The notes: generated by a model from the letters alone, not told the origin. Shown: positions 9,500 to 19,277, numbered from the stretch's first letter. The stretch is 32,000 bases of DNA from Opitutia bacterium KCR 482 (GCA_029269845.2 CP149973.1:1260001-1292000), one strand, 5' to 3'. Program-made: numbers and translations.

Positions 9500-9537
9500 A
9501 AGCTTCGGGGAACAACGCCCCGAAGCTTTGTTATTTT
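9500..9537 (+). terminator. Rho-independent terminator of the uxuA operon
   Basis: Perfect 11-bp stem aagcttcgggg / ccccgaagctt with a 7-nt loop, followed by tgttatttt. Confidence 0.8.
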
Positions 9538-9640
9538 CGGAATCGCCGCAATATAAGGTTGACGAGCGCGGAAAATTTTGGAGACTTTGCAATTACTTAA
9601 TCGGCGGGAATTTTTTTGCGCCGCAAGGGGATTTTTATAA

Positions 9641-11302
9641 ATGAAAGTCAAAGATTCGACAACTATCGACAGCGGATACGACGTTTTTAATTCGCTTGAA
9701 TTCCTAAACCAAAACCTCGCGTACGCGGCAACTTGCGCGCTCGCCCGCGACACGAAAAAGGAATACATCTACGATTTTTCCCTGAACAGACATCTCGACA
9801 GGGGAACGACGCTTGCGGTTGCGCTCGCGCTCAAAGGGTATATCCAGAAGAATTTTCCGGACAGCCAGCGAATCGGCATCGCCCTGCCCGCGTGCTTCCC
9901 CGGGGTGGCGGTAAACCTCGCGGCGCAAATGGCGGGAAAATCCTGCGTGAACATAAATTTCACGACGGGGTCGGACTCAGCAAAGGCGTGCCTTGCAAAG
10001 GCGGGAATCACCTGCATAATCGGCTCTAAAAAGGTTCGCGAAAAGGTCTCGGCGCACGCGCCCGACTTCCCGTGGACGGACAACTTTGTAGACATCGGCG
10101 ACATTCTCAAAAGCATAGGCAAAAAGGGCATTCTGCCGCATCTGATTGCCGCGCGGACGCTTTCGGGCAAAATGCTCTGCGCGCTCTACGGAATCCCGAA
10201 AACGGGCGGAGACAAAGAGGCGTCGATTATCTTTACGTCGGGTTCGGAGGCCGCGCCGAAGGCGGCGGTTCTCACGCACAGAAATTTGATGGCAAACGCC
10301 CGCCAAATGTCGGAAATCGGCATTGTGGGCTCTACGGACTCGCTCCACGCAAACCTGCCGCTGTTCCACAGCTTCGGGCAGTCCGTGCAAATGTGGTTTA
10401 CGATGATTTTCGGCGTGAGAATCGTGATGGTGCAAAGCCCGCTCGAAGTCCAGACGAACTTGGAGGCTGCGCGAAAGGGCGGCTCTACAATCATGATTTC
10501 CACGCCCACATTCCTCCGCGCATACTATAAAAAGGCGACTTCCGCCGACTTCCCCAAGCTCAAACACGTCATCGGCGGCGCGGAAAAAACGCCCGACGGC
10601 TTCATCGAAGCGTGGAACGCAAAGTTTCCGCATGTGGCGTACCTCGAAGGCTACGGACTGACGGAGGCGTCGCCCGTGGTTAGCGTCAACCTGCCGCCGA
10701 ACCTCAGACGCGGCAAGCTCTGCCCGCAGCCGAGCGCGACAAAAGCGGCGTCGGTGGGCGAAATCTTCCCCGGAATGCAGGCTCGCGTTGCCGACCCCGA
10801 CAGCGGCGCAATCCTGCCCGTCGGCGAAGTCGGACTGCTGCAACTCAAAGGCGCGAGCATTTTCGGCGGATACCTCAACCAGCCCGAAGAAAACAAAAAG
10901 AAGCTCTCCGACGGCTGGCTCAACACGGGAGACCTCGCCATGCTCGACTCCGACGGCTTCATTTTCATCAAGGGACGCCTCTCGCGCTTCTCGAAAATCG
11001 GCGGCGAAATGGTGCCGCATTCGGGCGTAGAAGAGGCGATTGTCCGCGTGCTTGGGCTGCAAGAGTCGGAGCTGCCGCTCGTGGCGATAGGCTCAAAAAT
11101 AGACCCCGCAAAGGGCGAAGCACTCGTGCTTCTTGCGGCGGTGGACATCGACATTCCGCAACTGCGCAGACTCCTTACCGAGGCGGGGCTTCCCAACCTC
11201 TGGATTCCCAAATACGTCGTGCGGGTTGAGGCAATTCCGCTGCTCGGAACGGGCAAGCTCGACCTCGGCACAATCCACAAAATCTGCAAAAGCGCGGGCT
11301 AA
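9641..11302 (+). CDS. AMP-dependent synthetase/ligase, similar to the acyl-ACP synthetase domain of Aas
   Basis: 553 aa. AMP-binding motifs IIFTSGSEAAPKAAVLTHRNL, EGYGLTEASP and TGDLAMLDSDGFIFIKGRLSRFSKIGGEMV. Monocistronic, with terminators on both sides. Confidence 0.85.
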   Translation: MKVKDSTTIDSGYDVFNSLEFLNQNLAYAATCALARDTKKEYIYDFSLNRHLDRGTTLAVALALKGYIQKNFPDSQRIGIALPACFPGVAVNLAAQMAGKSCVNINFTTGSDSAKACLAKAGITCIIGSKKVREKVSAHAPDFPWTDNFVDIGDILKSIGKKGILPHLIAARTLSGKMLCALYGIPKTGGDKEASIIFTSGSEAAPKAAVLTHRNLMANARQMSEIGIVGSTDSLHANLPLFHSFGQSVQMWFTMIFGVRIVMVQSPLEVQTNLEAARKGGSTIMISTPTFLRAYYKKATSADFPKLKHVIGGAEKTPDGFIEAWNAKFPHVAYLEGYGLTEASPVVSVNLPPNLRRGKLCPQPSATKAASVGEIFPGMQARVADPDSGAILPVGEVGLLQLKGASIFGGYLNQPEENKKKLSDGWLNTGDLAMLDSDGFIFIKGRLSRFSKIGGEMVPHSGVEEAIVRVLGLQESELPLVAIGSKIDPAKGEALVLLAAVDIDIPQLRRLLTEAGLPNLWIPKYVVRVEAIPLLGTGKLDLGTIHKICKSAG

Positions 11303-11330
11303 GAGCGGCGCAAGACGGGCTTTCACAATG

Positions 11331-11361
11331 CGCGGAGCGGCATACGCCCCGCGTTTTTTTT
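11331..11361 (+). terminator. Rho-independent terminator after the AMP-ligase gene
   Basis: GC-rich imperfect hairpin cgcggag...ccccgcg followed by a T8 run (11354-11361). Confidence 0.7.
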
Positions 11362-11487
11362 GCGCAAAACCGCCGCGGCGGCTCAACTGTAAAGTAAATT
11401 TCCGCAACTCTGGTTTGACAAGATGGCTGCGTCAATGTTCAGTATCGGCATAGGACAAAACAACTCAATATGCGGAAGGGGAACAAT

Positions 11488-13068
11488 ATGTTGAAAAAAT
11501 TAATAGCTGCGGCGGCACTTATGCCCGCTCTCGCATTCGCAAGCCTCGACGTTAAAATAGACGCATCGAAAACCCACCAGAAAATCGACAACTTCGCGGC
11601 GGCGGACGCTTGGAGCGGACAGTTTGTAGGACAGTATTTCAACGACGCGCAAAAGGGACAAGTCGCAAAATGGCTGTTCTCGCAGAAAATCGGCGCGGAC
11701 GGCAACCCCGAAGGCATAGGACTTTCGATGTGGCGCTTCAACATCGGCGGAGGCTCGCTCGAACAGGACGGCGCAAACATAGTTCCGTTCCAGCGCAGGG
11801 CGGAAAGCTTCCTCACAAAGGACGGCAAAGCCTACGACTGGGGCAAGTGCGCTGGGCAAATGTATTTCGTGAAAAAGGCGAAAGAGTACGGGGTAGAAAA
11901 GCTCCTGCTGTTCTCGAACACGCCGCCCGTACAGTACACCCGCAACGGACAGGGCTACGGCAAGCCCAACGACAACAAGGCGAACATCAAGCCCGACTGC
12001 TACGGAAAATTCGCCGACTACATGGCGGACGTCGCAAAGAAATTCGGAGAATGGGGCTACAAGGTAGACTACATCAGCCCCATCAACGAGCCGCAGGTAA
12101 ATTGGGACTCAAACAGACAGGAGGGCAGCCCGTGGTACATCTCCGAAATGAAGCGCGTGTTCGTCGAGCTTGACCGCGCCCTCACCGAGCGCAATCTCGA
12201 CACCCTCATTTACATAGGCGAAACCGCCCACCCCAAATACAACTATATGAACGCCGCGTGGGACACCCCGCCCTCCCGCTGGAACAAAGACCCCGAAGCG
12301 GAACGCCCCACATACATCATCAAAAACTTCTTCGACAAAAACAGCAAAGCCTACGTCGGCAACCTCAAACACATGCCGAAAATCGTGTCGGGGCACAGCT
12401 ACCACGCGCACCTGCGCAACCCCGACATGGTCAGCGTCCACAAGGCTGTTGCGGCGGAGGCGGAAAAGTACGGCGTCGAATTCCAGCAGTCGGAATGGTG
12501 TCTGCTTCCGCACTATACGGCGGCGCAAATGGACGGCTTCACAAAAGACTGGTTCAGCGACAACCGCGCCGACATTCAAACGGCTCTTCTGATGGCGCGC
12601 ATAATACATTCCGACTTCGTGAACACAAACTCGCGCGCTTGGGGCTACTGGAAAGGCATCGAAATCAAGGGAGACCACGCGCTTGTGGGCGTCTACCCCA
12701 CGAACGGACGCCTCGAAGACGGCGGCGTTGCCCGCGCAAACAAACTGCTCTGGGCGCTCGGCAATTACAGCCTGTTCATTCGCCCCGATTTCAAGAGAAT
12801 CGAGCTTTCGGGCGCAAACGATTTGGACAAAACCGCGGGCACGGCGTTCGTCTCGCCAGACGGCAAAAGAATCGTCGCGGTTTTCGTGAACTCGTCGTTC
12901 GAGCGCGACACCGCGAAAGTCTCGCTTCCCGAAAACTTCAAAAACGCGAAAGTCCGCGCGTTCAGAACAGACGCAAACTCCGACTTGGCGAACATATGGG
13001 CGGATGAATCCTCGCGCGAATTCACAATCGCCCCACGCTCGATTACAACTCTCGTGTTCGACCGCTAA
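11488..13068 (+). CDS. GH30-family glycoside hydrolase, secreted
   Basis: The preferred start is the second ATG at 11488, preceded by GGAAGGGG. It gives the signal peptide MLKKLIAAAALMPALAFA. ISPINEPQ is a candidate acid/base NEP motif and FQQSEWC a candidate nucleophile. The track start at 11470 is less likely. Confidence 0.82.
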   Translation: MLKKLIAAAALMPALAFASLDVKIDASKTHQKIDNFAAADAWSGQFVGQYFNDAQKGQVAKWLFSQKIGADGNPEGIGLSMWRFNIGGGSLEQDGANIVPFQRRAESFLTKDGKAYDWGKCAGQMYFVKKAKEYGVEKLLLFSNTPPVQYTRNGQGYGKPNDNKANIKPDCYGKFADYMADVAKKFGEWGYKVDYISPINEPQVNWDSNRQEGSPWYISEMKRVFVELDRALTERNLDTLIYIGETAHPKYNYMNAAWDTPPSRWNKDPEAERPTYIIKNFFDKNSKAYVGNLKHMPKIVSGHSYHAHLRNPDMVSVHKAVAAEAEKYGVEFQQSEWCLLPHYTAAQMDGFTKDWFSDNRADIQTALLMARIIHSDFVNTNSRAWGYWKGIEIKGDHALVGVYPTNGRLEDGGVARANKLLWALGNYSLFIRPDFKRIELSGANDLDKTAGTAFVSPDGKRIVAVFVNSSFERDTAKVSLPENFKNAKVRAFRTDANSDLANIWADESSREFTIAPRSITTLVFDR

Positions 13069-13102
13069 ACCGCGCCCGAACGCCCGAAATCTACCCGCAA
13101 AA

Positions 13103-13129
13103 CGCGCTTCCGCCCGAAGCGCGTTTTTT
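13103..13129 (+). terminator. Rho-independent terminator after the GH30 gene
   Basis: Stem cgcgcttc / gaagcgcg, 5-nt loop, then tttttt. Confidence 0.8.
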
Positions 13130-13193
13130 ATCGACATTGAGCAACAAAGCTCCATTATTTGCCGAAACACTTTCTAAAAACAAAAGGGATTAT

Positions 13194-15137
13194 ATGAAAT
13201 ACAAGGTGGGAGCGGTTGGGTTTGCCGCATTATTTGCGTCATTTTTTGCGTTTTGCGGGTGCAAAGAAAATTGCGCAAAGAAAATATTTTTTGCAGGAGC
13301 AACCCAAAACGCAAAAGTTTCGCCGAAAGCCGACGGAGCGATTTCGGACAAATTCATTTTCCCCGCGGAAGGCGCGGTGAAATTCGACGGCATGCTCGGA
13401 AAATCGCTCGATACGGCGATGAACGGCGACATTCTCGTCTGGAATACCGACGAGCTTCTGCGCCCGTACAGGGAACGCTACGAAAAAAAACCCACCGACT
13501 GGCAGTCGGAATTCGCGGGCAAATGGCTCGACGGCGCGGAGCTTGCGTACGCCTACGCGCCCACGGCAAAGCTCGATAAAATCCTGAAAAACATGTCAGG
13601 CGAACTGATAAAAACGCAGAAGCCCGACGGCTCGATAACGACGTTCGTTCCCGCCGCCGAATTTTCCGCCGTCTGGGATTTGTGGGGGCGCAAATACGTC
13701 ATGCTCGCCCTGCTCTCCGAGTACAAAAGAACCGCCGACCCGAAAGTTCTCGACGCCCTCGTCAAATGCGCCGACAACATCATGGCGAACGTCGGCGACG
13801 GCAAACGCATAAACAACATCTGCTTCGGCTGGTGGTACGGACTGGTTTCGTCGAGCATTCTCGAACCCTTCGTGGGCGTCTACAAATACACGGGCGACAA
13901 AAAATACCTCGACTACGCCGAATGGATTGTCTCCTGCTGGGCGACAAGCAACCTCAAACCCGACCTCCTCAACAAGGGGCTTGCAAACACGCCCGTTGTC
14001 AAAATGTTCGCGCCGCGCAAAAGCGTTGTAAAAATTTATCAGGACGGCGGAGAATCGAAAGCCTACGAAATGATGTCTTGCTACGAGGGACTTATCGAAC
14101 TGTACAGGGCAACGGGCAACGAAGACTACAAAAAAGCGGTGCTCAACACGGCAAGGCAAATCGCCGAACGCGAAATCACGGCAATCGGCTCAGGCTCTAT
14201 TTGGGAACGCTGGGTAGACGGCAAATTCCTGCAACAGGAAGATTCGCCGTACTGGATGGAAACTTGCGTATCAACCACATGGATAAAGCTTTGCGCCCAA
14301 CTTCTGCGACTCTCCGCCGATCCCGTTTACGCCGACTACGCCGAACTTGCCGCATACAACGCGCTCGCGGGAGCGCAGGGCGCGGACGGCAAATGGTGGT
14401 CGTACTTCGCGCCGCTCAAAGGCGCGCGCAACCCGTCGCCCGAACAGGTAAAAATGCACATAAGCTGCTGCGTGGCAAGCGGCCCGCGCGGGCTTTTTAT
14501 CTTGCCGAAAATCGCCTACACAGCCGATTCGTCCGACGGGCTTTACGTCAATTTTTACGAAAACGGCGAAGCCAAGCTCGAAATCCCCGCATTTGGGGCA
14601 AGCGCGACGCTTAAAGTTTCGGAAGTCGATTTCGGGGCGGAAAAATTGCGGGCAAAAATCGCGGTTTCCCTGCCCGACGGCAAGCCGCAGAAATTCGCCC
14701 TCAACGCGAGAATTCCGTCGTGGAGCAAAAACACCGAAATTTTCGTCAACGGCAAAAAATCGGCTTCGCCCGAATCGGGAAAATACGCGGAAATCAGGCG
14801 GAAATGGAGGGACGGCGATACCGTCGAAATCGTCTTCGACTCCCGCGCATTCGTTGTCCGCGACCCGAACAATCCCGAAATTTACGCCCTCCAAAGAGGC
14901 CCCATTGTCTTCGCCCAAGACCTGCGCTTTGAGCCGAACATAGACAAGCCTTTCAAGTTCGAATTCGAAAACGGCGATTTTGTAAAGAATGTCGAAGTGG
15001 TTAAGATTAACGGCACAAACGCCGCGCTCAAAGTAAAAACCGCCGACGGCGGCTACCGCACCTTTGCCGACTACGCTTCGTGCGGAGCTACTTGGGACAA
15101 AAACTCGCGGCTGCGGGTTTTCGGCGGCGCGTTTTAA
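13194..15137 (+). CDS. GH127-like (DUF1680) beta-L-arabinofuranosidase-family protein, secreted
   Basis: Start at ATG 13194 (MKYKVGAVGFAALFASFFAFCGC signal). WMETCVSTTW (E-x-C) and HISCCVASGPRG (CC) match the Zn-Cys3-Glu catalytic arrangement known for GH127. The track start at 13137 adds 19 non-signal residues. Confidence 0.8.
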   Translation: MKYKVGAVGFAALFASFFAFCGCKENCAKKIFFAGATQNAKVSPKADGAISDKFIFPAEGAVKFDGMLGKSLDTAMNGDILVWNTDELLRPYRERYEKKPTDWQSEFAGKWLDGAELAYAYAPTAKLDKILKNMSGELIKTQKPDGSITTFVPAAEFSAVWDLWGRKYVMLALLSEYKRTADPKVLDALVKCADNIMANVGDGKRINNICFGWWYGLVSSSILEPFVGVYKYTGDKKYLDYAEWIVSCWATSNLKPDLLNKGLANTPVVKMFAPRKSVVKIYQDGGESKAYEMMSCYEGLIELYRATGNEDYKKAVLNTARQIAEREITAIGSGSIWERWVDGKFLQQEDSPYWMETCVSTTWIKLCAQLLRLSADPVYADYAELAAYNALAGAQGADGKWWSYFAPLKGARNPSPEQVKMHISCCVASGPRGLFILPKIAYTADSSDGLYVNFYENGEAKLEIPAFGASATLKVSEVDFGAEKLRAKIAVSLPDGKPQKFALNARIPSWSKNTEIFVNGKKSASPESGKYAEIRRKWRDGDTVEIVFDSRAFVVRDPNNPEIYALQRGPIVFAQDLRFEPNIDKPFKFEFENGDFVKNVEVVKINGTNAALKVKTADGGYRTFADYASCGATWDKNSRLRVFGGAF

Positions 15138-15160
15138 TCCGAGCGGCGCGTTTTAATCCG

Positions 15161-15190
15161 AAAAAACCGGACTTTAAGTCTGGTTTTTTT
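15161..15190 (+). terminator. Rho-independent terminator after the GH127 gene (A-tract/T-tract flanked)
   Basis: aaaaaa ccggac tttaa gtctgg ttttttt; the stem contains one G-U pair. Confidence 0.75.
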
Positions 15191-15278
15191 GCGCCCAGAG
15201 AAAACGCCGCAAATTCGGCAAAAAATAGTTGACCGTTTAACTAATTTGCATTTTCATATTTCCGACAAGAGGAAACAA

Positions 15279-17735
15279 ATGAAAAAGAAATTCATCGAAA
15301 TACTGACAGGGCTTGCCGCGCTCGCATTGCTTGCGGCTTGCGGGGAAAAGGAATCGGGTAAATCGGAAGCTTCGGCAAGTCTCGACGGCAACTGGACACT
15401 CTCATACGCCGAACAACCAGAAATTGCGGCGCGCACGCCGTCCGACTTCAAAAAACTGCGCGGGCTTAAAACGATTCCCGCAAAAGTTCCGGGAACGGCG
15501 CAGCTCGACCTCCAACGCGCGGGCGTCGAGCCCGACGCCATGATTGGCGACAACGTCTATAAATACCGCAAGTACGAAGCGTTCGAATGGATGTTCTCGC
15601 GCGAATTTAAATCGCCCAAGCTCGCAAATGGCGACCGCGCGGTACTCAACATGCGCGGCGTAGACACCCTCGCCGACGTGTTCGTCAACGGCAAGCTTGT
15701 AGGAAGCCCCGAAAACATGTTCATTGAGCACGAATTCGACATCACCGACTTCTTGAAAAAGGGCGGCGTAAACAAAATCGACGTAATTATACGCTCGCCC
15801 GTAATCGAATCGAAAAAGTACGCAAACATAATCGGCTCGGGCACGGCGGAGCGCACGGAGTATATCAATATCAGAAAAGCACCGTCGAGCTTCGGCTGGG
15901 ACATTCACCCGCGCATCATCACCGCGGGGCTTTGGCGCAGCGCAACGCTCGAAATCCGCAACGAAGTGCACATCGAAGACGTCAATATTTACACGATTGC
16001 GGCGGACGCGAAAAATTCGCAGGTGAAGTTCGGTCTCGAAACAAAAATCGACGCTCCGTACTCGAAATTCGACTCGCTCTTTATGCGCGTTGAGATTTCC
16101 AAAGACGGCAAAAAGGTTTTCGAATCTAAAACGCCTTTCATGACGTACGTCAACAAAATCGGCGGCACGCTTCGGAACGCCGAGCTTTGGTGGCCGCGCG
16201 GCTACGGGGCGCAAGCGCTCTACGACGTGCGCGTAGACGTTTGCGACGAAAAGGACAGCGTTTTAGCCTCAAAAAAAATGCGCACGGGCTTCAGAACGGT
16301 GCGCCTCGAATTCGCCGAAGTGGAGTTGCCCGCGGGCGAATCTTTCAAGTACGCCGGCGCGGGAACGGCGTTCGGCAAAACCGACCTCAAAAAGCTCAAA
16401 GGCGAATTTAAATTCTACGTCAACGATGTCCCGATTTTCATGAAGGGCACGAACTGGGTGCCGCTCGACGCCTACCACAACCGCGACAAAGAGCACGTCA
16501 AGGCGGCGGTGGACATGCTCGCCGACCTCAACTGCAATATGGTTCGCTGCTGGGGCGGAAACGTCTACGAAGACCACGATTTCTTCGACCTTTGCGACAA
16601 GTACGGCATTCTCGTTTGGCAGGACTTCTCCCTTGCGTGCTGCATAACGCCGCAAAATGCGGACTTCGCCAAGAAGATGGAGCAAGAGGTTGCAAGCGTT
16701 GTCCGCAAGCTCCGCTCGCACCCGTCGATTGCGCTTTGGGCCGGCAACAACGAGATAGACCAAGCCTACTTCTGGCGCAAAGTCTCCCCCAAGCCGATTA
16801 ACCCCTCGCACGATAAAATCAGCCGCCAAACAATCCCGAACACGATTTTCGAATACGACTGGACGCGCCCCTACCTGCCGAGTTCGCCGTATCTCTCCGA
16901 AAAGGCGTTCGCCAACCCCGAAAAATATTCCGCCCCCGAAGTCCATCTCTGGGGCGCGCGCGGCTACTACAAGACGCCGTTCTACAACGCTTCGCTTGCG
17001 CCGTTTGTCAGCGAAATCGGCTACCACGGCTGCCCCAACCGCAAAAGTCTCGAAAAAATGATGACGAAAAAATGCGTCTATCCGTGGAACAAAAAGGGCG
17101 AATTTAACAAAGAATGGCAGGCGAAAGCCACAATGCCCTTCCAAAACGGCAAAAGCTGTATTACCCGCAACAATCTCATGGTAAATCAGGCAAAGCTCCT
17201 CTACGGCGAATGCCCGAAGGATTTGGACGACTTCATCTTGGCGTCGCAGCTCGTGCAGGCGGAGGCAAAAAAATATTTCATCGAGCTTTGGCGCACAAAG
17301 AAATTCGAGAACAAAACGGGCATTCTCTGGTGGAATCTCCGCGACGGCTGGCCGATTCTCTCCGACGCAATCGTAGACTACTACGGCTCGAAAAAGCTTG
17401 CGTACTCGTTCATCAAGCGCGTCCAAACCGACGTCTGCGCCATGATTGACGACGACTTCAAGCTCGTCGCCGCCAACGACACCCTCAAAGCCGCCAAGGG
17501 GCACGTCAAGGTAATCGACGCCGACTCCAAGAAAACCGTCTTTGAGGGCGACTTCGAAGTGCCCGCAAACGCAAAGACCGACATCGCCCGACTGCCCGCG
17601 CAGGACGGGCAGGGCGTGCTGCTTATCGAATATACCGTAGACGGCAAGCCGCAGTTCAACCACTACATGTACGGCAGACCGCCCTTCAAGCTTGCCGACT
17701 GCAAACGCTGGCTGAAAACAATCAACGCCAAATAA
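15279..17735 (+). CDS. GH2-family beta-mannosidase-like glycoside hydrolase, lipoprotein
   Basis: Start at ATG 15279 after AAGAGGAAA. MKKKFIEILTGLAALALLAACG carries a canonical L-A-A-C lipobox. WAGNNE (acid/base region) and VSEIGYHG (nucleophile region) resemble GH2 beta-mannosidases. Confidence 0.82.
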   Translation: MKKKFIEILTGLAALALLAACGEKESGKSEASASLDGNWTLSYAEQPEIAARTPSDFKKLRGLKTIPAKVPGTAQLDLQRAGVEPDAMIGDNVYKYRKYEAFEWMFSREFKSPKLANGDRAVLNMRGVDTLADVFVNGKLVGSPENMFIEHEFDITDFLKKGGVNKIDVIIRSPVIESKKYANIIGSGTAERTEYINIRKAPSSFGWDIHPRIITAGLWRSATLEIRNEVHIEDVNIYTIAADAKNSQVKFGLETKIDAPYSKFDSLFMRVEISKDGKKVFESKTPFMTYVNKIGGTLRNAELWWPRGYGAQALYDVRVDVCDEKDSVLASKKMRTGFRTVRLEFAEVELPAGESFKYAGAGTAFGKTDLKKLKGEFKFYVNDVPIFMKGTNWVPLDAYHNRDKEHVKAAVDMLADLNCNMVRCWGGNVYEDHDFFDLCDKYGILVWQDFSLACCITPQNADFAKKMEQEVASVVRKLRSHPSIALWAGNNEIDQAYFWRKVSPKPINPSHDKISRQTIPNTIFEYDWTRPYLPSSPYLSEKAFANPEKYSAPEVHLWGARGYYKTPFYNASLAPFVSEIGYHGCPNRKSLEKMMTKKCVYPWNKKGEFNKEWQAKATMPFQNGKSCITRNNLMVNQAKLLYGECPKDLDDFILASQLVQAEAKKYFIELWRTKKFENKTGILWWNLRDGWPILSDAIVDYYGSKKLAYSFIKRVQTDVCAMIDDDFKLVAANDTLKAAKGHVKVIDADSKKTVFEGDFEVPANAKTDIARLPAQDGQGVLLIEYTVDGKPQFNHYMYGRPPFKLADCKRWLKTINAK

Positions 17736-17764
17736 CGCGCGGGGCGCAATCCTCCGTTTGCAAG

Positions 17765-17795
17765 CTCCGCTTCCGACAAGGACGCGGAGTTTTTT
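17765..17795 (+). terminator. Rho-independent terminator after the GH2 gene
   Basis: ctccgc...gcggag stem with inner tcc/gga pairing, followed by tttttt. Confidence 0.8.
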
Positions 17796-18050
17796 ATGTC
17801 CCGACAGCCGCGCGACTATTTATGCGCTGTTGTCTGCGCGGCATCAGTTGCGGCATGGCGCAGCCCATTATTATGACAGCCCGTCGCGGGCGCGTCGCAA
17901 ACAATGAGTTTTAGCATTTAAGAATGCGCCGCGCCGCTATTTACGCCCTATTGAGGGAGTCGCGCGTTATGTGTGTGCCGCATTGGAAGCCGCCTGTGGG
18001 CGCATTCTGCGCGGAATTTCGGCGGGGATAAAATGTAGGCGTGTGTATAC

Positions 18051-18084
18051 AAAAAATCTCCGCCTCTACATTCGAAAGGCGGAG
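18051..18084 (-). terminator. Rho-independent terminator of rpmJ-rpmE (read on the minus strand)
   Basis: Stem ctccgcc / ggcggag. On the minus strand it is followed by ATTTTTT. Lies 40 nt downstream of the rpmE stop. Confidence 0.75.
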
Positions 18085-18124
18085 TGTGTAAGATAACGAG
18101 GAAGCCCTCGGAAATTTCGCGAGA

Positions 18125-18373
18125 CTACTTTCTGACGCGCGAGAATTTCTTCTGGAATTTCTCAACGCGGCCAGCCGTGTCAACGAAACGCTTTTCGCCC
18201 GTGTATGCGGGGTGCGAATCAGCCGTGACGTCGCGGGAAATCATGAAGCATTCAACGCCGTCGATTGTTTCGACCTGCTTGCTCTTCATTGTCGAACGCG
18301 TAACGAAACGCGCGCCGGACGAAACGTCCACAAAGCAAACGGGGTGTACATCGGGATGGATTTTGTCTTTCAT
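18125..18373 (-). CDS. rpmE: 50S ribosomal protein L31, type B (no CxxC zinc motif)
   Basis: 82 aa, MKDKIHPDVHPVCFVD...SHPAYTGEKRFVDTAGRVEKFQKKF. L31 signature present. Its length and the lack of paired Cys motifs match the YkgM-like C-minus form. Confidence 0.9.
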   Translation of the reverse strand: MKDKIHPDVHPVCFVDVSSGARFVTRSTMKSKQVETIDGVECFMISRDVTADSHPAYTGEKRFVDTAGRVEKFQKKFSRVRK

Positions 18374-18392
18374 TATATAATGCTCCGAAAAA

Positions 18393-18518
18393 TTAGCCCT
18401 GCTTAGCCTTGAAGCGGGGGTTGGTTTTATTGATGATATAGACGCGTCCCTTTCTGCGGACTACTTTGCAGTCGGGGTGGCGGGTCTTCAAAGATTTGAT
18501 TGATGATACGACTTTCAT
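18393..18518 (-). CDS. rpmJ: 50S ribosomal protein L36, type B (YkgO-like, Zn-independent)
   Basis: Not in the ORF track because it is only 41 aa. My translation is [41 protein letters not shown]. It closely resembles E. coli YkgO as I recall that sequence, and it has only one Cys. GAGGAAAAG SD lies upstream of the ATG at 18518. Confidence 0.88.
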   Translation of the reverse strand: MKVVSSIKSLKTRHPDCKVVRRKGRVYIINKTNPRFKAKQG

Positions 18519-18535
18519 CTTTTCCTCGTTTCTAA

Positions 18536-19087
<552 letters not shown>

Positions 19088-19266
19088 GGCGCGAGCCGCG
19101 GGCGCGAGTCGCGCCTCCCTACGGAACTTCGTTCCTTTCTGTGATTATGCGGCGCGGGTATCCCCGCGCCTTTTGTCGTTCAGTCCCGTATTGGCTTCGC
19201 CAATTACTGGCGGCGGAATTATTCTACGGCAGAAAGAAACTTATCTAAATAGACGCGCTACGCGCG
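19088..19266. repeat. V-type repeat unit (179 bp) starting directly after the glnB stop
   Basis: Homologous to 27661-27832 and 27833-27998. Contains ccctacggaacttcgttcc, hairpin Vb ggcgcggg/cccgcgcc followed by tttt (19151-19174), hairpin Vc attggc-ttc-gccaat (19190-19204), and the 3' box aatagacgcgctacgcgcg. Confidence 0.85.
19151..19174 (+). terminator. Probable glnB terminator (hairpin Vb of the V repeat)
   Basis: 8-bp GC stem ggcgcggg / cccgcgcc, tatc loop, then tttt. Confidence 0.6.
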
Positions 19267-19277
19267 AAAAAATAAAA

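Noticed and set aside
9560-9600. Sigma54 (-24/-12) promoter upstream of the AMP-ligase gene (ttggagactttgcaa)
   Set aside because: The GG to GC spacing is 9 nt rather than the 12 nt needed for a TGGCAC-N5-TTGCW element.
17796-18050. About 250-nt spacer between the convergent GH2 and rpmE terminators as a possible independent sRNA gene
   Set aside because: I could not find a promoter-like hexamer pair, a conserved repeat-family module, or a signature of SRP, tmRNA, RNase P or 6S RNA. Nothing distinguishes it from ordinary spacer.
19115-19135. FRT-like half-site (revcomp GAAGTTCCGTAGG) inside V units as a tyrosine-recombinase target
   Set aside because: Only 8-10 nt of resemblance, a single half-site with no inverted partner at the proper spacing. 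It is more simply the 5-bp hairpin ggaac-ttc-gttcc.
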